Origin: Candidatus Desantisbacteria bacterium CG1_02_49_89
GTDB lineage: Bacteria; Desantisbacteria; UBA1551
NCBI GenBank assembly: GCA_001871075.1
Contig: MNUP01000012.1
Span: 1 to 51,774, forward strand
Length of the DNA stretch: 51,774 bases
Reading direction: 5' to 3'
Positions 38,825-48,656 of the stretch are shown one piece after another. Numbering within the stretch: position 1 is the first letter of the stretch; every line of letters starts with the position of its first letter. Below the pieces are notes generated by a model. That model ran no database searches. It saw nothing but the letters and a program-made list of their open reading frames with translations, and was not told the origin of the DNA. The position numbers and the translations under genes are program-made.

Positions 38825-38898
38825 TGTCTTTGCGAGCAATAGCGAAGCAATCTCGTTTTAACGACGGGATTGCCGCGGGCTTTGCCCTCGCAATGACA
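38825..38898. repeat. REP/RPE-like palindromic element nested in larger inverted repeats
   Basis: TGTCTTTGCGAG...GAAGCAATCTCG...CGGGATTGC...CTCGCAATGACA, resembling the widespread GTCATTGCGAG...CTCGCAATGAC palindromes. Confidence 0.7.
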
Positions 38899-38962
38899 TA
38901 GAAAAGCGTCAATCAATTAAGCGAACATCAGTAATTATCTAATTATCCAGTTATCCAGTAAT

Positions 38963-39886
38963 CTACAAGGTTTCCAGTTTTTCCAATCTTTCCCAGCTTG
39001 CGTCTACTTTTTTCTGAACTTCCTCAATAAATCCTGAATTTTCGGGTTTGAACAAATGCCTGAATCGTCCCTGGCTTTTAAACCAGTCTGAAACAGGGAT
39101 CTTTTCTTTTGGCCTGTAGGTTATCCGGTATTTTCCATTTTCAACTTCATAAAGAGGCCAAACATATGTTTGAACAGCCAGCCTTGCCATAGATATGGTA
39201 TCTTCCGGGTTATATCTCCATCCCCTGTGGCAGGGAGCAATAATATTCATAAACGAAGCTCCCCCGCAGTTTAGAGCTTTATCAACCTTTGTTATCAGGT
39301 CATTCCAGTATGCGGGGCTAGCCTGGGCCACATAAGGAACACCATGAGCGGCACAGATCGCGGTAAGGTCCTTTTTCTCCTGTATCTTTCCTATTGCAGC
39401 CGCTTTTCCAACAGGATTTGTCGTTGTATCAGCACCCCTGGGAGTTGCGCTTGAACGCTGTATCCCCGTATTCATATAAGCTTCGTTGTTATAGCAAATA
39501 TAAAGGCATTTGTGGCCTCTTTCCAGCATACCTGACAGGGCCTGCATGCCGATGTCATACGTTCCCCCATCGCCGCCGATGGCTATGAAACTGTAATCAT
39601 CGGTAACCTTTCCCTGTTTTTTAAGAGAACGGTACATTGTTTCGACTCCGGAAATCACGGCCGCAGCATTTTCAAAAGCAACATGTATCCACGAACAATT
39701 CCATGCGGTATAAGGGTAAATAGTGGTTGAAACCTCGACACAGCCCGTGGCATTTGATATGACTATGGGATTTTTTACCGCGGAAAGGACCTGGCGGATA
39801 GCTATTGGGGCACCGCAACCCGCGCAGAGCCTGTGCCCTCCCGTAAGCAGTTCCGGTTTCCTTGCAAGCTCTTTTATATTAGCCAT
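38963..39886 (-). CDS. porB: Pyruvate/2-oxoacid:ferredoxin oxidoreductase beta subunit (TPP-binding)
   Basis: GHRLCAGCG, TGC, GGDGGTYDIG, NNEAYMNTG.QRS. Confidence 0.9.
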   Translation of the reverse strand: MANIKELARKPELLTGGHRLCAGCGAPIAIRQVLSAVKNPIVISNATGCVEVSTTIYPYTAWNCSWIHVAFENAAAVISGVETMYRSLKKQGKVTDDYSFIAIGGDGGTYDIGMQALSGMLERGHKCLYICYNNEAYMNTGIQRSSATPRGADTTTNPVGKAAAIGKIQEKKDLTAICAAHGVPYVAQASPAYWNDLITKVDKALNCGGASFMNIIAPCHRGWRYNPEDTISMARLAVQTYVWPLYEVENGKYRITYRPKEKIPVSDWFKSQGRFRHLFKPENSGFIEEVQKKVDASWERLEKLETL

Positions 39887-39907
39887 TCTTCCTCCGATCT
39901 TCCGGTG

Positions 39908-41101
39908 TTATTCTCTGACACCAAGATACTGTATCAGATTATTGATCTTACCTGTCCGCGATATCCCTTCGAGATCCCTGTAAACTTTTTCAATATGGTC
40001 AAGGGTTACATCCCTGCCGCCAAGCCCGTATATATAATTGACCGCCGGTATCTTATGGCCGTCCGGAAACTGGTAATTATAAAGACTGGCGCAGACCTCC
40101 TCAAAAACCGGCCCTCCCAGCCCGCCGAATGTATCAGAACGGTCCAGTACCGCCAAAGCCTTCAGATGAGAAAGCGAATTAGCGAGTTCTGCGGCAGGGA
40201 AAGGCCTGAAAAGCCTTATCTTCAACACCCCGGCTCTAAGCCCCTGTTCGCGCAGCTTGTCAGCAACGGTTTTAGCTGTTCCCGAAGCAGAGCCAAGAAC
40301 CACTATGCCGATATCGGCGTCATCCATCCTGTATTCCTCGAATAGTTCGTATTTGCGCTTTGAAATCTTCTCAAACTCCGAAGCAATTTGAAGAACAACG
40401 CTGGAAGCAGACTTGATAACTTCATGCTGCTGTTTTTTTTGTTCCATATAATAATCGAAAAGCTGCAGCGGTCCGTAGGTTATCGGGTGCTTTGCGTCAA
40501 GGAGCGAGTATTCAGGCTTGTATTCACCAACGAATTTTTGCACGGTATCGTCATCCAGTATTTCAAACTGCTCCATCGCATGGCTGATAATGAATCCGTC
40601 CAGGGTCACAATAACAGGAAGCAGCAGGTTCGCATGCTCTGCTATCCGGACTGCCTGTATAGTGTTATCATAAGCCTCCTGAATGTTCTCAGAAAATATC
40701 TGGACCCAGCCTGAATCCCGCGCGCCCATTGAATCAGAATGGTCGCAGTGAATATTTATCGGCCCTGAAAGAGCCCGGTTTACTACAGGCATCACTATAG
40801 GAAGACGGTATGAAGCGGCAATATAAACAAGCTCCCACATATAAGCCAGGCCTTGCGAGGAAGTAGCTGTCATAACCCTTCCTCCCGCAGCGGAAGCCCC
40901 TATGCAAGCGCTCATGGCTGAATGCTCTGACTCGGGGCACAGAAGCTCTGTTTTTACCTTTCCGTTCGCGACGAAATCGCTGAAAAATTGGACTATTTCT
41001 GTTTGCGGAGTTATCGGATATGCCGCCACAACATCCGGGTTGATCTGGCGCATTGCTTCCGCTACCGCATCATCACCTGTTCTTGCTATTATTTTGGGCA
41101 T
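39908..41101 (-). CDS. porA: Pyruvate/2-oxoacid:ferredoxin oxidoreductase alpha subunit
   Basis: AAYPITPQT, ESEHSAMS, TATSSQGL, YGLGGRD. Confidence 0.9.
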   Translation of the reverse strand: MPKIIARTGDDAVAEAMRQINPDVVAAYPITPQTEIVQFFSDFVANGKVKTELLCPESEHSAMSACIGASAAGGRVMTATSSQGLAYMWELVYIAASYRLPIVMPVVNRALSGPINIHCDHSDSMGARDSGWVQIFSENIQEAYDNTIQAVRIAEHANLLLPVIVTLDGFIISHAMEQFEILDDDTVQKFVGEYKPEYSLLDAKHPITYGPLQLFDYYMEQKKQQHEVIKSASSVVLQIASEFEKISKRKYELFEEYRMDDADIGIVVLGSASGTAKTVADKLREQGLRAGVLKIRLFRPFPAAELANSLSHLKALAVLDRSDTFGGLGGPVFEEVCASLYNYQFPDGHKIPAVNYIYGLGGRDVTLDHIEKVYRDLEGISRTGKINNLIQYLGVRE

Positions 41102-41128
41102 TTCTTTCCTCCCTGTTCGGTCAAAGGT

Positions 41129-41407
41129 CTAATCTTTAGCCATTTCTATGGCCTTTTTGGGGCATTCCTTTGCGCATATGCCGCAACCCTTGCAGTATTT
41201 AAGGTTAAATCCTTCCATCTTATCATCTTTAACGATAACTGCGGATTCCGGGCAGAATATCCAGCAGAACATGCAGTTAATGCATTTTTCGCGATCCACC
41301 ACGGGCTTGAAGGTCCTCCACGAGCCTGTTTCATAATCCCTTGCGTTGCCGGGCTCCAGTATAACCCCTCCCCTGGAAAGACTCTTCCATCCTTTTTCCT
41401 GAGGCAT
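41129..41407 (-). CDS. porD: Pyruvate/2-oxoacid:ferredoxin oxidoreductase delta subunit (2x[4Fe-4S])
   Basis: TGSWRT.KP, CINCMFCWIFCP, YCKGCGICAKECP. Confidence 0.9.
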   Translation of the reverse strand: MPQEKGWKSLSRGGVILEPGNARDYETGSWRTFKPVVDREKCINCMFCWIFCPESAVIVKDDKMEGFNLKYCKGCGICAKECPKKAIEMAKD

Positions 41408-41408
41408 T

Positions 41409-41981
41409 TTATTCTCCCTTTACTTCATCAAATGCGCGTTTTACGGCGTTTAGATTGCCCTGTATGAGCTCTTCTTTCAATTTACCCGCAAACTTACCCC
41501 TGATCTCCTCAAGCACTTTTTCAACGCTTACCAGGCCCGTGGCTTTTACAAGAGCGCCCAGCATTGGTGTGTTCGGCATAAACCTGCCCAGGACCTCCAG
41601 CGAGATCTTTGTGGCGTCCACTGTATATACTTTTCCGGATTTAAGGTTTAACTCTGATCTGATCTCGGAAGGGTTCTTCGGGCTGTTAATAATAAGCAAC
41701 CCGTCGTCAGCCAGACCTTCCGTAATGTTTGCGGTTTGTATCAAGGTCGGGTCAATCACTACTACAACATTCGGATAATAAACCTGCGAATGAAGCGACA
41801 AGGGCTTGTTGCTCAGCCTGTCGAATGCCTTGATGGGCGCACCCATCCTTTCCGGGCCGTATTCAGGAAAAGCCTGGATATATTTGCCTTCAGCAAGCGC
41901 TGCTTCGGCAAATATCTTAGCCGCGGTAACAGCTCCCTGGCCTCCTCTGCCATGCCATCTTATTTCAACAAGGTCTTGCAT
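41409..41981 (-). CDS. porC: Pyruvate/2-oxoacid:ferredoxin oxidoreductase gamma subunit
   Basis: EIRWHGRGGQGAVTA, FPEYGPERMGAP, NTPMLGA. Confidence 0.88.
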   Translation of the reverse strand: MQDLVEIRWHGRGGQGAVTAAKIFAEAALAEGKYIQAFPEYGPERMGAPIKAFDRLSNKPLSLHSQVYYPNVVVVIDPTLIQTANITEGLADDGLLIINSPKNPSEIRSELNLKSGKVYTVDATKISLEVLGRFMPNTPMLGALVKATGLVSVEKVLEEIRGKFAGKLKEELIQGNLNAVKRAFDEVKGE

Positions 41982-42072
41982 TTAGACTCCTCCGGCATTC
42001 CCTGGGTTTGCTGCACGGTCTGCCATCTTGATCTAATGTCAATACAGAAATAAATATTTAAACAACTATATT

Positions 42073-42100
42073 ATTATATATTAAATTTATGAAATTGCAA
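42073..42100 (-). promoter_or_regulatory. Putative sigma70 promoter of the por operon
   Basis: TTGCAA (42100-42095), 16 bp, TATAAT (42078-42073). Confidence 0.55.
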
Positions 42101-42105
42101 GTTTT

Positions 42106-42139
42106 AAATAAAAAAACCGCTTTTAAGCGGATTTTATTT
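42106..42139 (-). terminator. Intrinsic terminator after recR (possibly bidirectional)
   Basis: CCGCT-loop-AGCGG stem with A-run on the left (U-tail on - strand) and T-rich right flank. Confidence 0.6.
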
Positions 42140-42175
42140 ATTTTGTGCAAGTATACCAAAATTTTCTTCCGTTTT

Positions 42176-42769
42176 TTACATCTCCCGCCTTCCTTCAAGG
42201 GATTTGAGAAGCGTAATCTCGTCTGCAAACTCTAAATCACCTCCGACAGGCAATCCATGCGCTATGCGCATGACTTTTATGCCGCTGGGTTTTATGAGCT
42301 TGGCGATAAAAAGAGCGGTTGCTTCACCTGCAGCGTTTGGATTTGTTGCAATAACTACTTCTTTTATGCCGTCTTTTAGCCTTGAAAGAAGAGCTTCTAT
42401 CCGCAAGTCCTCAGGATTTATTCCCTCCAGGGGTGAGATAGCGCCGCCCAGTATGTGATACAATCCCTTATATTGCCTGATTTTTTCAAAAGCCATGAGA
42501 TCACTGGGCTGTTCTACAACGCAGATAATTGAACGGTCTCTTCCGGGATCCCGGCATATAAAACAGGGATCTTCTTCAGTAAGGTTAAAGCACACTGAAC
42601 AGTTTTTTATTTTTTCTTTAGCTTCTTTTATCGCCGCGGAAAGTTCCCTTGCATCTTCTCCTGGACTGTTTAAAATATGAATTGCGAGCCTTTGCGCCGT
42701 CTTAGGGCCTATTCCGGGCAATTTATTCAGTTGTTCGATCAATTTTTGAAGGATTTTTGAATATATCAT
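42176..42769 (-). CDS. recR: Recombination mediator RecR
   Basis: [15 protein letters not shown]...C..C Zn finger, [32 protein letters not shown]. Confidence 0.97.
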   Translation of the reverse strand: MIYSKILQKLIEQLNKLPGIGPKTAQRLAIHILNSPGEDARELSAAIKEAKEKIKNCSVCFNLTEEDPCFICRDPGRDRSIICVVEQPSDLMAFEKIRQYKGLYHILGGAISPLEGINPEDLRIEALLSRLKDGIKEVVIATNPNAAGEATALFIAKLIKPSGIKVMRIAHGLPVGGDLEFADEITLLKSLEGRREM

Positions 42770-43530
42770 TCTACCTTTTTTAATATACCTGTTATTTCAC
42801 CGACATTTGTGCCTATCTGTATCTTTACAGGCAACCTGCTTTCATCGTTTGCTATCCAAACCGTGATTTTTTCTGTTTTTTCGACCACCCTGTACGCCTT
42901 GAACTTCATCAGGGGTGTTTTTATCTGATCCAGGGATTCAACAACGGCGGCATATTTCTTTATTCCCCCGTCGGTTATTATATCCATGCTTATTACCTGG
43001 CCAATCTTTAAATCCAGCTCTCGCAGATAATACGGGATTGAAGCTATATCAAGTACGGCAGGCGGAATGTTAATTGTCTCGGCATAACCGTCTCTCTGTA
43101 TGAATCCCCTGCCTGATTCCAGGTCAAACAGCATAATATCTTTACGGTGAAAACTTCCCTCGTTAATCTCTTTTGTCATTTTTCTGATTGAAAAGGTTTC
43201 GCAATCTATCAATGTTTCGATATGGTTATCCATCCTGTAAAATATTGAAAAAAAAGGAGTTGTTGTAGTGTGGCTTGTTATTCGGTATGTTTCGTGATCA
43301 CTTATTTTTACTTTATCTGCGACGCAAACAACCTGTGTTCCTGCAGAAATCATTCCCAGCTTCACATCATAAATTAATTTTTCTCCGATCCTTGGTTCTC
43401 CCGAAGTAATTTTAAAACATAAACATGAAAAAATCAGAAGCACGCAGACTGCTCTCGCTGCTCTCGCTACGCTCGTTACACTCGGAAAAATCCATGATTT
43501 TTTTATTTGTTGGTCCTTCCGGATCATCAT
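42766..43530 (-). CDS. DUF3108-like exported protein
   Basis: N-terminal hydrophobic segment, GEKL.YDV..G.I.AG, C-terminal TVWI.ND..RLPVKI. Confidence 0.65.
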   Translation of the reverse strand: MMIRKDQQIKKSWIFPSVTSVARAARAVCVLLIFSCLCFKITSGEPRIGEKLIYDVKLGMISAGTQVVCVADKVKISDHETYRITSHTTTTPFFSIFYRMDNHIETLIDCETFSIRKMTKEINEGSFHRKDIMLFDLESGRGFIQRDGYAETINIPPAVLDIASIPYYLRELDLKIGQVISMDIITDGGIKKYAAVVESLDQIKTPLMKFKAYRVVEKTEKITVWIANDESRLPVKIQIGTNVGEITGILKKVE

Positions 43531-44474
43531 TTTATACCTTTCTGAATATTCAACTTATCCCATCTATTGTACATCCAGTTCCAGTGATCGGGATAGAGGG
43601 AAATATATTTTTCAAGAACGTTGCTGACCCTTTGAGAAACAGCGGCTATTTTTTCTTCCCTGCTTATTTCCTGTATATCATCCAGGCATATCTCTTTCTC
43701 GATTATTATATCGTGAGAATCATCCCGGTTACGTATTATAAACACGGGAACCACTGGTGAACCGATAAGCGCAAAAAGCACTCCCGGACCTTCTTGAAGA
43801 GAAACCCTGTGGCCAAAAAAAGTCCCGAAAACCTTCAATGATTCACCATGCTGGTCTGCTATCATACCGACAATATAATTCTCTCTCAGCATTTTGATCA
43901 GTACCCTTAAATCTGCATATCGCGATATAATTTTAATACCTTTGCTTTTCCTTCGATGGTTCAGGAAACTATTTGCGGTCGGATTGCTCTGGTCCTGTAT
44001 GACTGTAGCCAGCCTGTATCCTGACAATGTAATGGCAGCTCCGGCAAGCTCCCAGTTACCGAAGTGTCCGCTGACAAGAATAATTCCTTTACCTTTCTCT
44101 AGTGCCTTGTCAAGATTTTCTCTCCCCCTTATCGTAACCTTTTTATGCAGATTCCCTTTGTTTAAGAGTGGGAACCTGAAAACTTCAACAAGGGATTTAC
44201 CTATTTTTTCAAGACCTTGTCTTGCTATGCATCCCTTTTCTTGTTCGTTGAATCTATCGCCGAATGTCAGATCTACATTGTTTGTCAGATAATTACGGTA
44301 TGGAGTGAATTTCACGAGAAAAAACAGCAAGTCCCCGAATCTTGCTCCGAGGTATAAAGCATATTCTTCTGGGATGATAATAAGAAAAACTGTCAGGATC
44401 TTTTCCAGTATGGCCAGGATTACAGCAATAAGGATGCGCATTGAGTTAAATAATGCTACCGGTTTATTGACCAA
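43527..44474 (-). CDS. Lipid A biosynthesis (LpxL/HtrB-type) acyltransferase; start uncertain
   Basis: GIILVSGHFGNWEL, GMIADQ, FFG, YPDHW.WMYNRW. Confidence 0.85.
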   Translation of the reverse strand: MVNKPVALFNSMRILIAVILAILEKILTVFLIIIPEEYALYLGARFGDLLFFLVKFTPYRNYLTNNVDLTFGDRFNEQEKGCIARQGLEKIGKSLVEVFRFPLLNKGNLHKKVTIRGRENLDKALEKGKGIILVSGHFGNWELAGAAITLSGYRLATVIQDQSNPTANSFLNHRRKSKGIKIISRYADLRVLIKMLRENYIVGMIADQHGESLKVFGTFFGHRVSLQEGPGVLFALIGSPVVPVFIIRNRDDSHDIIIEKEICLDDIQEISREEKIAAVSQRVSNVLEKYISLYPDHWNWMYNRWDKLNIQKGIK

Positions 44475-45672
44475 AACCGTCCTTCAACAATATTTTATTA
44501 TAAATATGCTGTGCTATTCTATATGCGGAGCCGGGCACCCCCATTCTTTCGGTCCCGACAATGCAGCAACGGTCCAGTACTGATCGGTCATTCAGCAAGG
44601 AAAAAAATTTCTCCGCAACAGCTTTCCCGTCCGGCCTGACAATGAAAACCATCCCCCCCAGCAATCTGCTCTGGTCTTTCAAGAATTTAGAAGTCATCTG
44701 AGGTCCGCCTGCAGGAAAGGCAATTACAGGTTTACCGAGTCCCACAGCCTGTTCGTTACCCGTGCCTGACAGACCTATACAAAGGTCTGAACGGTTTAAA
44801 ATGTCGGCAAATCTACTGGAAATGATAATAGATATACTGTTTTTTTCAAGAAAACCCGCTATTTTTCTTTCAGGTTTTTCGGATCCATTATGCCTAAAAA
44901 CCCATCCTTTTCTTTCCGATACTTCTGCAACCGACTCTATCTTTAAAGACGGAGCAAGCGCAAGAATAAACTCAGGTATATCCTTTTTTTGCTCTTCTGA
45001 TTGTTTGCAGATTTCCTCAACAGCATCAAGAATGTATCTTATGTTAGAGTATGCTTCCTCCCTGCTTCCAGGCAGTAAGGCGCAGACTTTCCTGGAAGGG
45101 TTGATGCCGAAATCTTCCCCTGTGACTTCCAGACAGTCCATCATTACATTGCCCATGTAAAACGCCGGTATCCCGAACGCTCCCATATCCAATGCCGTCT
45201 TCACATCTCGCGGGAATATTATTTTTGAATAATGTTTCATGAGCCACTTGTCTATCCAGAGGAATTTGCCTATATATACGGACTGGGCGGTTGAAATGAA
45301 GATAACCTTCTTGCCTGAAAAAAAACCGCACAGGGTGCATAAGAATGTGTCACCGACAGCTATAATAAAATCTGAGGACCTTCCTTCTTTTTTGATCGTG
45401 TTTACCTGCTCCCGGAACAGGTTCAACAAACCCTTACTGATGTCTTTAAGCAGATATCGCAGATCCAGCCGCACAAAATCTCCGCTGGGCATCTGCTTGT
45501 CCGGCCCTATTACCTTGACTCCGTTTTCACGGTACGACCCTCCAGAACCGTTCAGTGTAAGCGCTGAAAATGAAAAATCATTGGATATTTTTTTTAATTC
45601 CCTGATTATCTGGCAGGCTATTATATCCTCGCCATGGCCATTGCTCGAAAAAAATATTTTTGTAGTGTTCAT
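44464..45672 (-). CDS. Lipid-A-disaccharide synthase-related protein (TIGR03492-like)
   Basis: SNGHGED.IA, MPSG.F, AVGD, FPRD..TA, GN.MMD, LLPGSR.EA, GT.NEQAVGLGKPV...GPQ. Confidence 0.75.
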   Translation of the reverse strand: MNTTKIFFSSNGHGEDIIACQIIRELKKISNDFSFSALTLNGSGGSYRENGVKVIGPDKQMPSGDFVRLDLRYLLKDISKGLLNLFREQVNTIKKEGRSSDFIIAVGDTFLCTLCGFFSGKKVIFISTAQSVYIGKFLWIDKWLMKHYSKIIFPRDVKTALDMGAFGIPAFYMGNVMMDCLEVTGEDFGINPSRKVCALLPGSREEAYSNIRYILDAVEEICKQSEEQKKDIPEFILALAPSLKIESVAEVSERKGWVFRHNGSEKPERKIAGFLEKNSISIIISSRFADILNRSDLCIGLSGTGNEQAVGLGKPVIAFPAGGPQMTSKFLKDQSRLLGGMVFIVRPDGKAVAEKFFSLLNDRSVLDRCCIVGTERMGVPGSAYRIAQHIYNKILLKDGFGQ

Positions 45673-45673
45673 T

Positions 45674-46597
45674 TCAGTTTTTCTTGTTTTCTTCTGAAAG
45701 GTACCGCAGGTATCTTATATAGAAATAAAAATCAACGACTGCGGGATAAAACGTTCTTTTATGGTATTTTCTAAAAAATGAAAAGCATTGCTCTTTTTTT
45801 GGCAGAAGGAACCTAACAGAAGATAACGCTTTTTCAAGCATAAAAAAAACGGGCAGATTCTGCGTCATTAACTTTACTTCGAATGAAGGATTCTTGTTGC
45901 AGAACAATACAGCGCCGGCCGCCCTGTTTCTTTCCTTATTCTCGCGCGCTTCCAGATCCGCGGGAACAAATAAACTCTGAAAATGGTATCCGACCGCTGA
46001 AGGGTTTTTCTTAAGCTTTATCCCCTGTTTCTTTAACCTTAAGCCAAGTTCAAGGTCTTCCCAGCCATAAAAAGTAAATTCCTCGTCAAAATAACCCGCC
46101 TTTTCAAGGTGCTTTTTTCTTATTGAAACGTTACACGTGTCAAAAAAAGCTGAGGAAGAATCAGTAAGCACGTTTCTGCCGGGCCTGAAAGGATCTTCAA
46201 TATCATATGTCCTGATTACCGGCCCCTGTACAATTACGTTAATATATTTCTGATGATACGCAAAATGCTCTCTAAGGAAGTTCTTTTTCACAAATACGTC
46301 GCTGTCAACAAAAAAAATAATTTCACCCCGTGATTTTTTTACGCCCTCATTCCTCGCGAAAGCTGCCCCTCTTTTTGGGAGCCTGAGATATTCTATTTTA
46401 CACTGTATCCCGCTTCTGCGGTTGACCGAACGCGCGGTTTCCTCGGTTATAAAAGAAGTTGAATCAGTTGAACCGTCATCCGCAATAATAATTTCATAAT
46501 TAAAATCGCAGTCCTGGTCGATAAGGCAACTCAATATTCTGTTTATTATGCCTGCCCTGTTATAAGTTGGAACGATCACGCTTCCCGTAGGTTCCAT
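45674..46597 (-). CDS. Glycosyltransferase family 2
   Basis: SVIVPTYNR, IIADDGSTD, ARNEG, FVDSD, FDEEF..YGWEDLELG.RL. Confidence 0.88.
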   Translation of the reverse strand: MEPTGSVIVPTYNRAGIINRILSCLIDQDCDFNYEIIIADDGSTDSTSFITEETARSVNRRSGIQCKIEYLRLPKRGAAFARNEGVKKSRGEIIFFVDSDVFVKKNFLREHFAYHQKYINVIVQGPVIRTYDIEDPFRPGRNVLTDSSSAFFDTCNVSIRKKHLEKAGYFDEEFTFYGWEDLELGLRLKKQGIKLKKNPSAVGYHFQSLFVPADLEARENKERNRAAGAVLFCNKNPSFEVKLMTQNLPVFFMLEKALSSVRFLLPKKEQCFSFFRKYHKRTFYPAVVDFYFYIRYLRYLSEENKKN

Positions 46598-46618
46598 TGC
46601 CTTTAATCCCTGCCGTGG

Positions 46619-48370
46619 CTATCCCTTTTGCTCCATGCCTTCTTCAAGGGGCTTGAATTGTGTCTGGTATAACTTATAATATAATCCCTTCCCTGCCATC
46701 AGTTCCGCATGTTTACCGGTTTCTACAATCCTGCCGCTGTCCATAACAACTATCCTGTCCGCGTGCCTTACAGTTGAAAGGCGGTGAGCTATTATTATGG
46801 TGGTACGGCCTTCTATAAGCCTTGCCATGGCTACCTGCACCAGGGATTCGGATTCTGAATCCATTGAAGAAGTTGCCTCGTCCAGTAAAATTATCCTCGG
46901 ATTTTTCAGGATAACCCTGGCTACTGCAAGGCATTGCCTTTGCCCGCCTGAAAGCTTTATGCCCCTTTCGCCGATGTGCGTGTCAAACCCTCCTGAAAAA
47001 CGCATAATAAAATCAAGCGCGTTTGCAGATTCGGCGGCGTGCAGGATCTCTTCTTCCGAAGCATTGACTTTACCGTAAGCGATATTTTCTTTTATAGTTC
47101 TGTTGAACAGCACGACTTCCTGGGGAACTATCCCGATCTGCTGGCGCAGGGAAATAATATCTACCGACCTCAGGTCGTATCCGTCTATGGCTATCAACCC
47201 CGAAGCCGGGTCATAGAACCTTGGGATCAGGCTGGTCAGGGTGCTCTTGCCCGCGCCGACAGGCCCAACAAGCGCTATTATTTCACCCGGCATAATATCC
47301 AGGCTTATATCGCTGAGCACGGTTTTTCCTTCTTCGTAATGGAATGAAACGCCTTCCATCTTTATTGCGCCCTTTATCGAAGGTATTTTTACAGGGCCGC
47401 TTTTTTCAATTGTTTCAACCGATTTATCAAGTATCTCGAATACCCTGTTGCTTGATACAAAGGCCTGCTGCCATTGGCTGTAGGCGCGGCTGAACCCCAC
47501 AACAGGTTCGCGTATGAACAGGATCACCGTGACAAACGCCACAGCCCTGCTCAGGTCCATTGTGCCGTTCATCATGCATCTTGCACCATACCATACAACC
47601 ACAAGAATACCCAGGAAAGCAAGCACTTCTACAACAGGCTCCTGGATCGCCTCGACCCTCGCCCGTTTCATCGAAGTTAAAAAGTTCCTTTCATTTTCCT
47701 TATTGAAACGCCCGATCTCATGCTCTTCCCTTGAAAATGCCTTTACCGTCCTGATCCCTGATATGGTCTCCTGGATAAGCGAAGAAATATCGGCAACCTT
47801 TGCCTGTACTATGCTTGTTATCCTTTTTATCCTTTCACCGAACCAGCTCATCGCGAAGCCAACCACGGGCGCAACCGCGCCTATTATAAGCGCGAGCCTC
47901 CAGTTCAGGTCAAACATCTTTAATGTTAAACCGAGTGACATCAGGACATATAACAACAGGTTGGAGAAATTATGCAGAAGAACGTTTTGTATTATATCTA
48001 TATCGCTGACTGTCCTGGAGATCAGTTCCCCTGTCCGCCACTTGGCATGGAAGGAAAAAGACATTTTCAGAAGGTGCTCGTATATACCATTCCTCAGATC
48101 AGTTATTGCCCTCTGGCATACGTAGGCATTGAAATATGTCTGGCCGTAAAGAGAAATAAATCTGAGAAAAAGAAGCGCCATGCCCTGCCTGAAAAAAATA
48201 CCCAGATATTTAAAATCCCTTAATTTCATATGTATGGTAAGGTTCTGGAACAAACCAGGCAGCAAAAGAATGCTGACCGCGGCAATAACAGTGCAGCCGA
48301 AAGCTCCCAGCAGCTGCGGCCAGTAAGGTTTAATATATTTCATAATCCTGAAACCGGTTTTTTCAGCCAC
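46619..48370 (-). CDS. MsbA-like ABC exporter (fused TMD-NBD)
   Basis: N-terminal TM domain, Walker A GPVGAGKST, LSGGQRQ, LLDEATS, IAHRLST. Confidence 0.9.
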   Translation of the reverse strand: MAEKTGFRIMKYIKPYWPQLLGAFGCTVIAAVSILLLPGLFQNLTIHMKLRDFKYLGIFFRQGMALLFLRFISLYGQTYFNAYVCQRAITDLRNGIYEHLLKMSFSFHAKWRTGELISRTVSDIDIIQNVLLHNFSNLLLYVLMSLGLTLKMFDLNWRLALIIGAVAPVVGFAMSWFGERIKRITSIVQAKVADISSLIQETISGIRTVKAFSREEHEIGRFNKENERNFLTSMKRARVEAIQEPVVEVLAFLGILVVVWYGARCMMNGTMDLSRAVAFVTVILFIREPVVGFSRAYSQWQQAFVSSNRVFEILDKSVETIEKSGPVKIPSIKGAIKMEGVSFHYEEGKTVLSDISLDIMPGEIIALVGPVGAGKSTLTSLIPRFYDPASGLIAIDGYDLRSVDIISLRQQIGIVPQEVVLFNRTIKENIAYGKVNASEEEILHAAESANALDFIMRFSGGFDTHIGERGIKLSGGQRQCLAVARVILKNPRIILLDEATSSMDSESESLVQVAMARLIEGRTTIIIAHRLSTVRHADRIVVMDSGRIVETGKHAELMAGKGLYYKLYQTQFKPLEEGMEQKG

Positions 48371-48455
48371 GAAGATCCCCTTTCAATAATAAAAGCCTCG
48401 TTAGCTTTTACGGAATACGAGGCTTATTTTTCCATGTATTCCAATAATCAATGCC

Positions 48456-48557
48456 GAAAATAGAACAATGGAAAATTGACCACAATCTCCTTTAGTTCTT
48501 CCTCTATTGCTCTATTCTCTATTTTCTATTGTTCCAGATTTTCCCGCAAGGAAAATC
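48456..48557. repeat. tRNA 3'-trailer element copy 6 (after tRNA-Ala GGC)
   Basis: GAAAATA GAACAATG GAAAATT GACCACAATCTCC...TCTATTGC TCTATTC TCTATTT TCTATTGT TCCA plus hairpin GATTTTCC-CGCAA-GGAAAATC. Confidence 0.85.
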
Positions 48558-48629
48558 TGGAGCTGGGGGGGATTGAACCCCCGGCCTTCTCGATGCCATC
48601 GAGACGCGCTACCGCTGCGCCACAGCCCC
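48558..48629 (-). tRNA. tRNA-Ala(GGC), no encoded CCA
   Basis: GGGGCTG/CAGCTCC acceptor with G3-U70, TCTCG-ATGGCAT-CGAGA anticodon arm. Confidence 0.94.
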
Positions 48630-48656
48630 ATGAACTGAACAAATAAACAAATGGGC

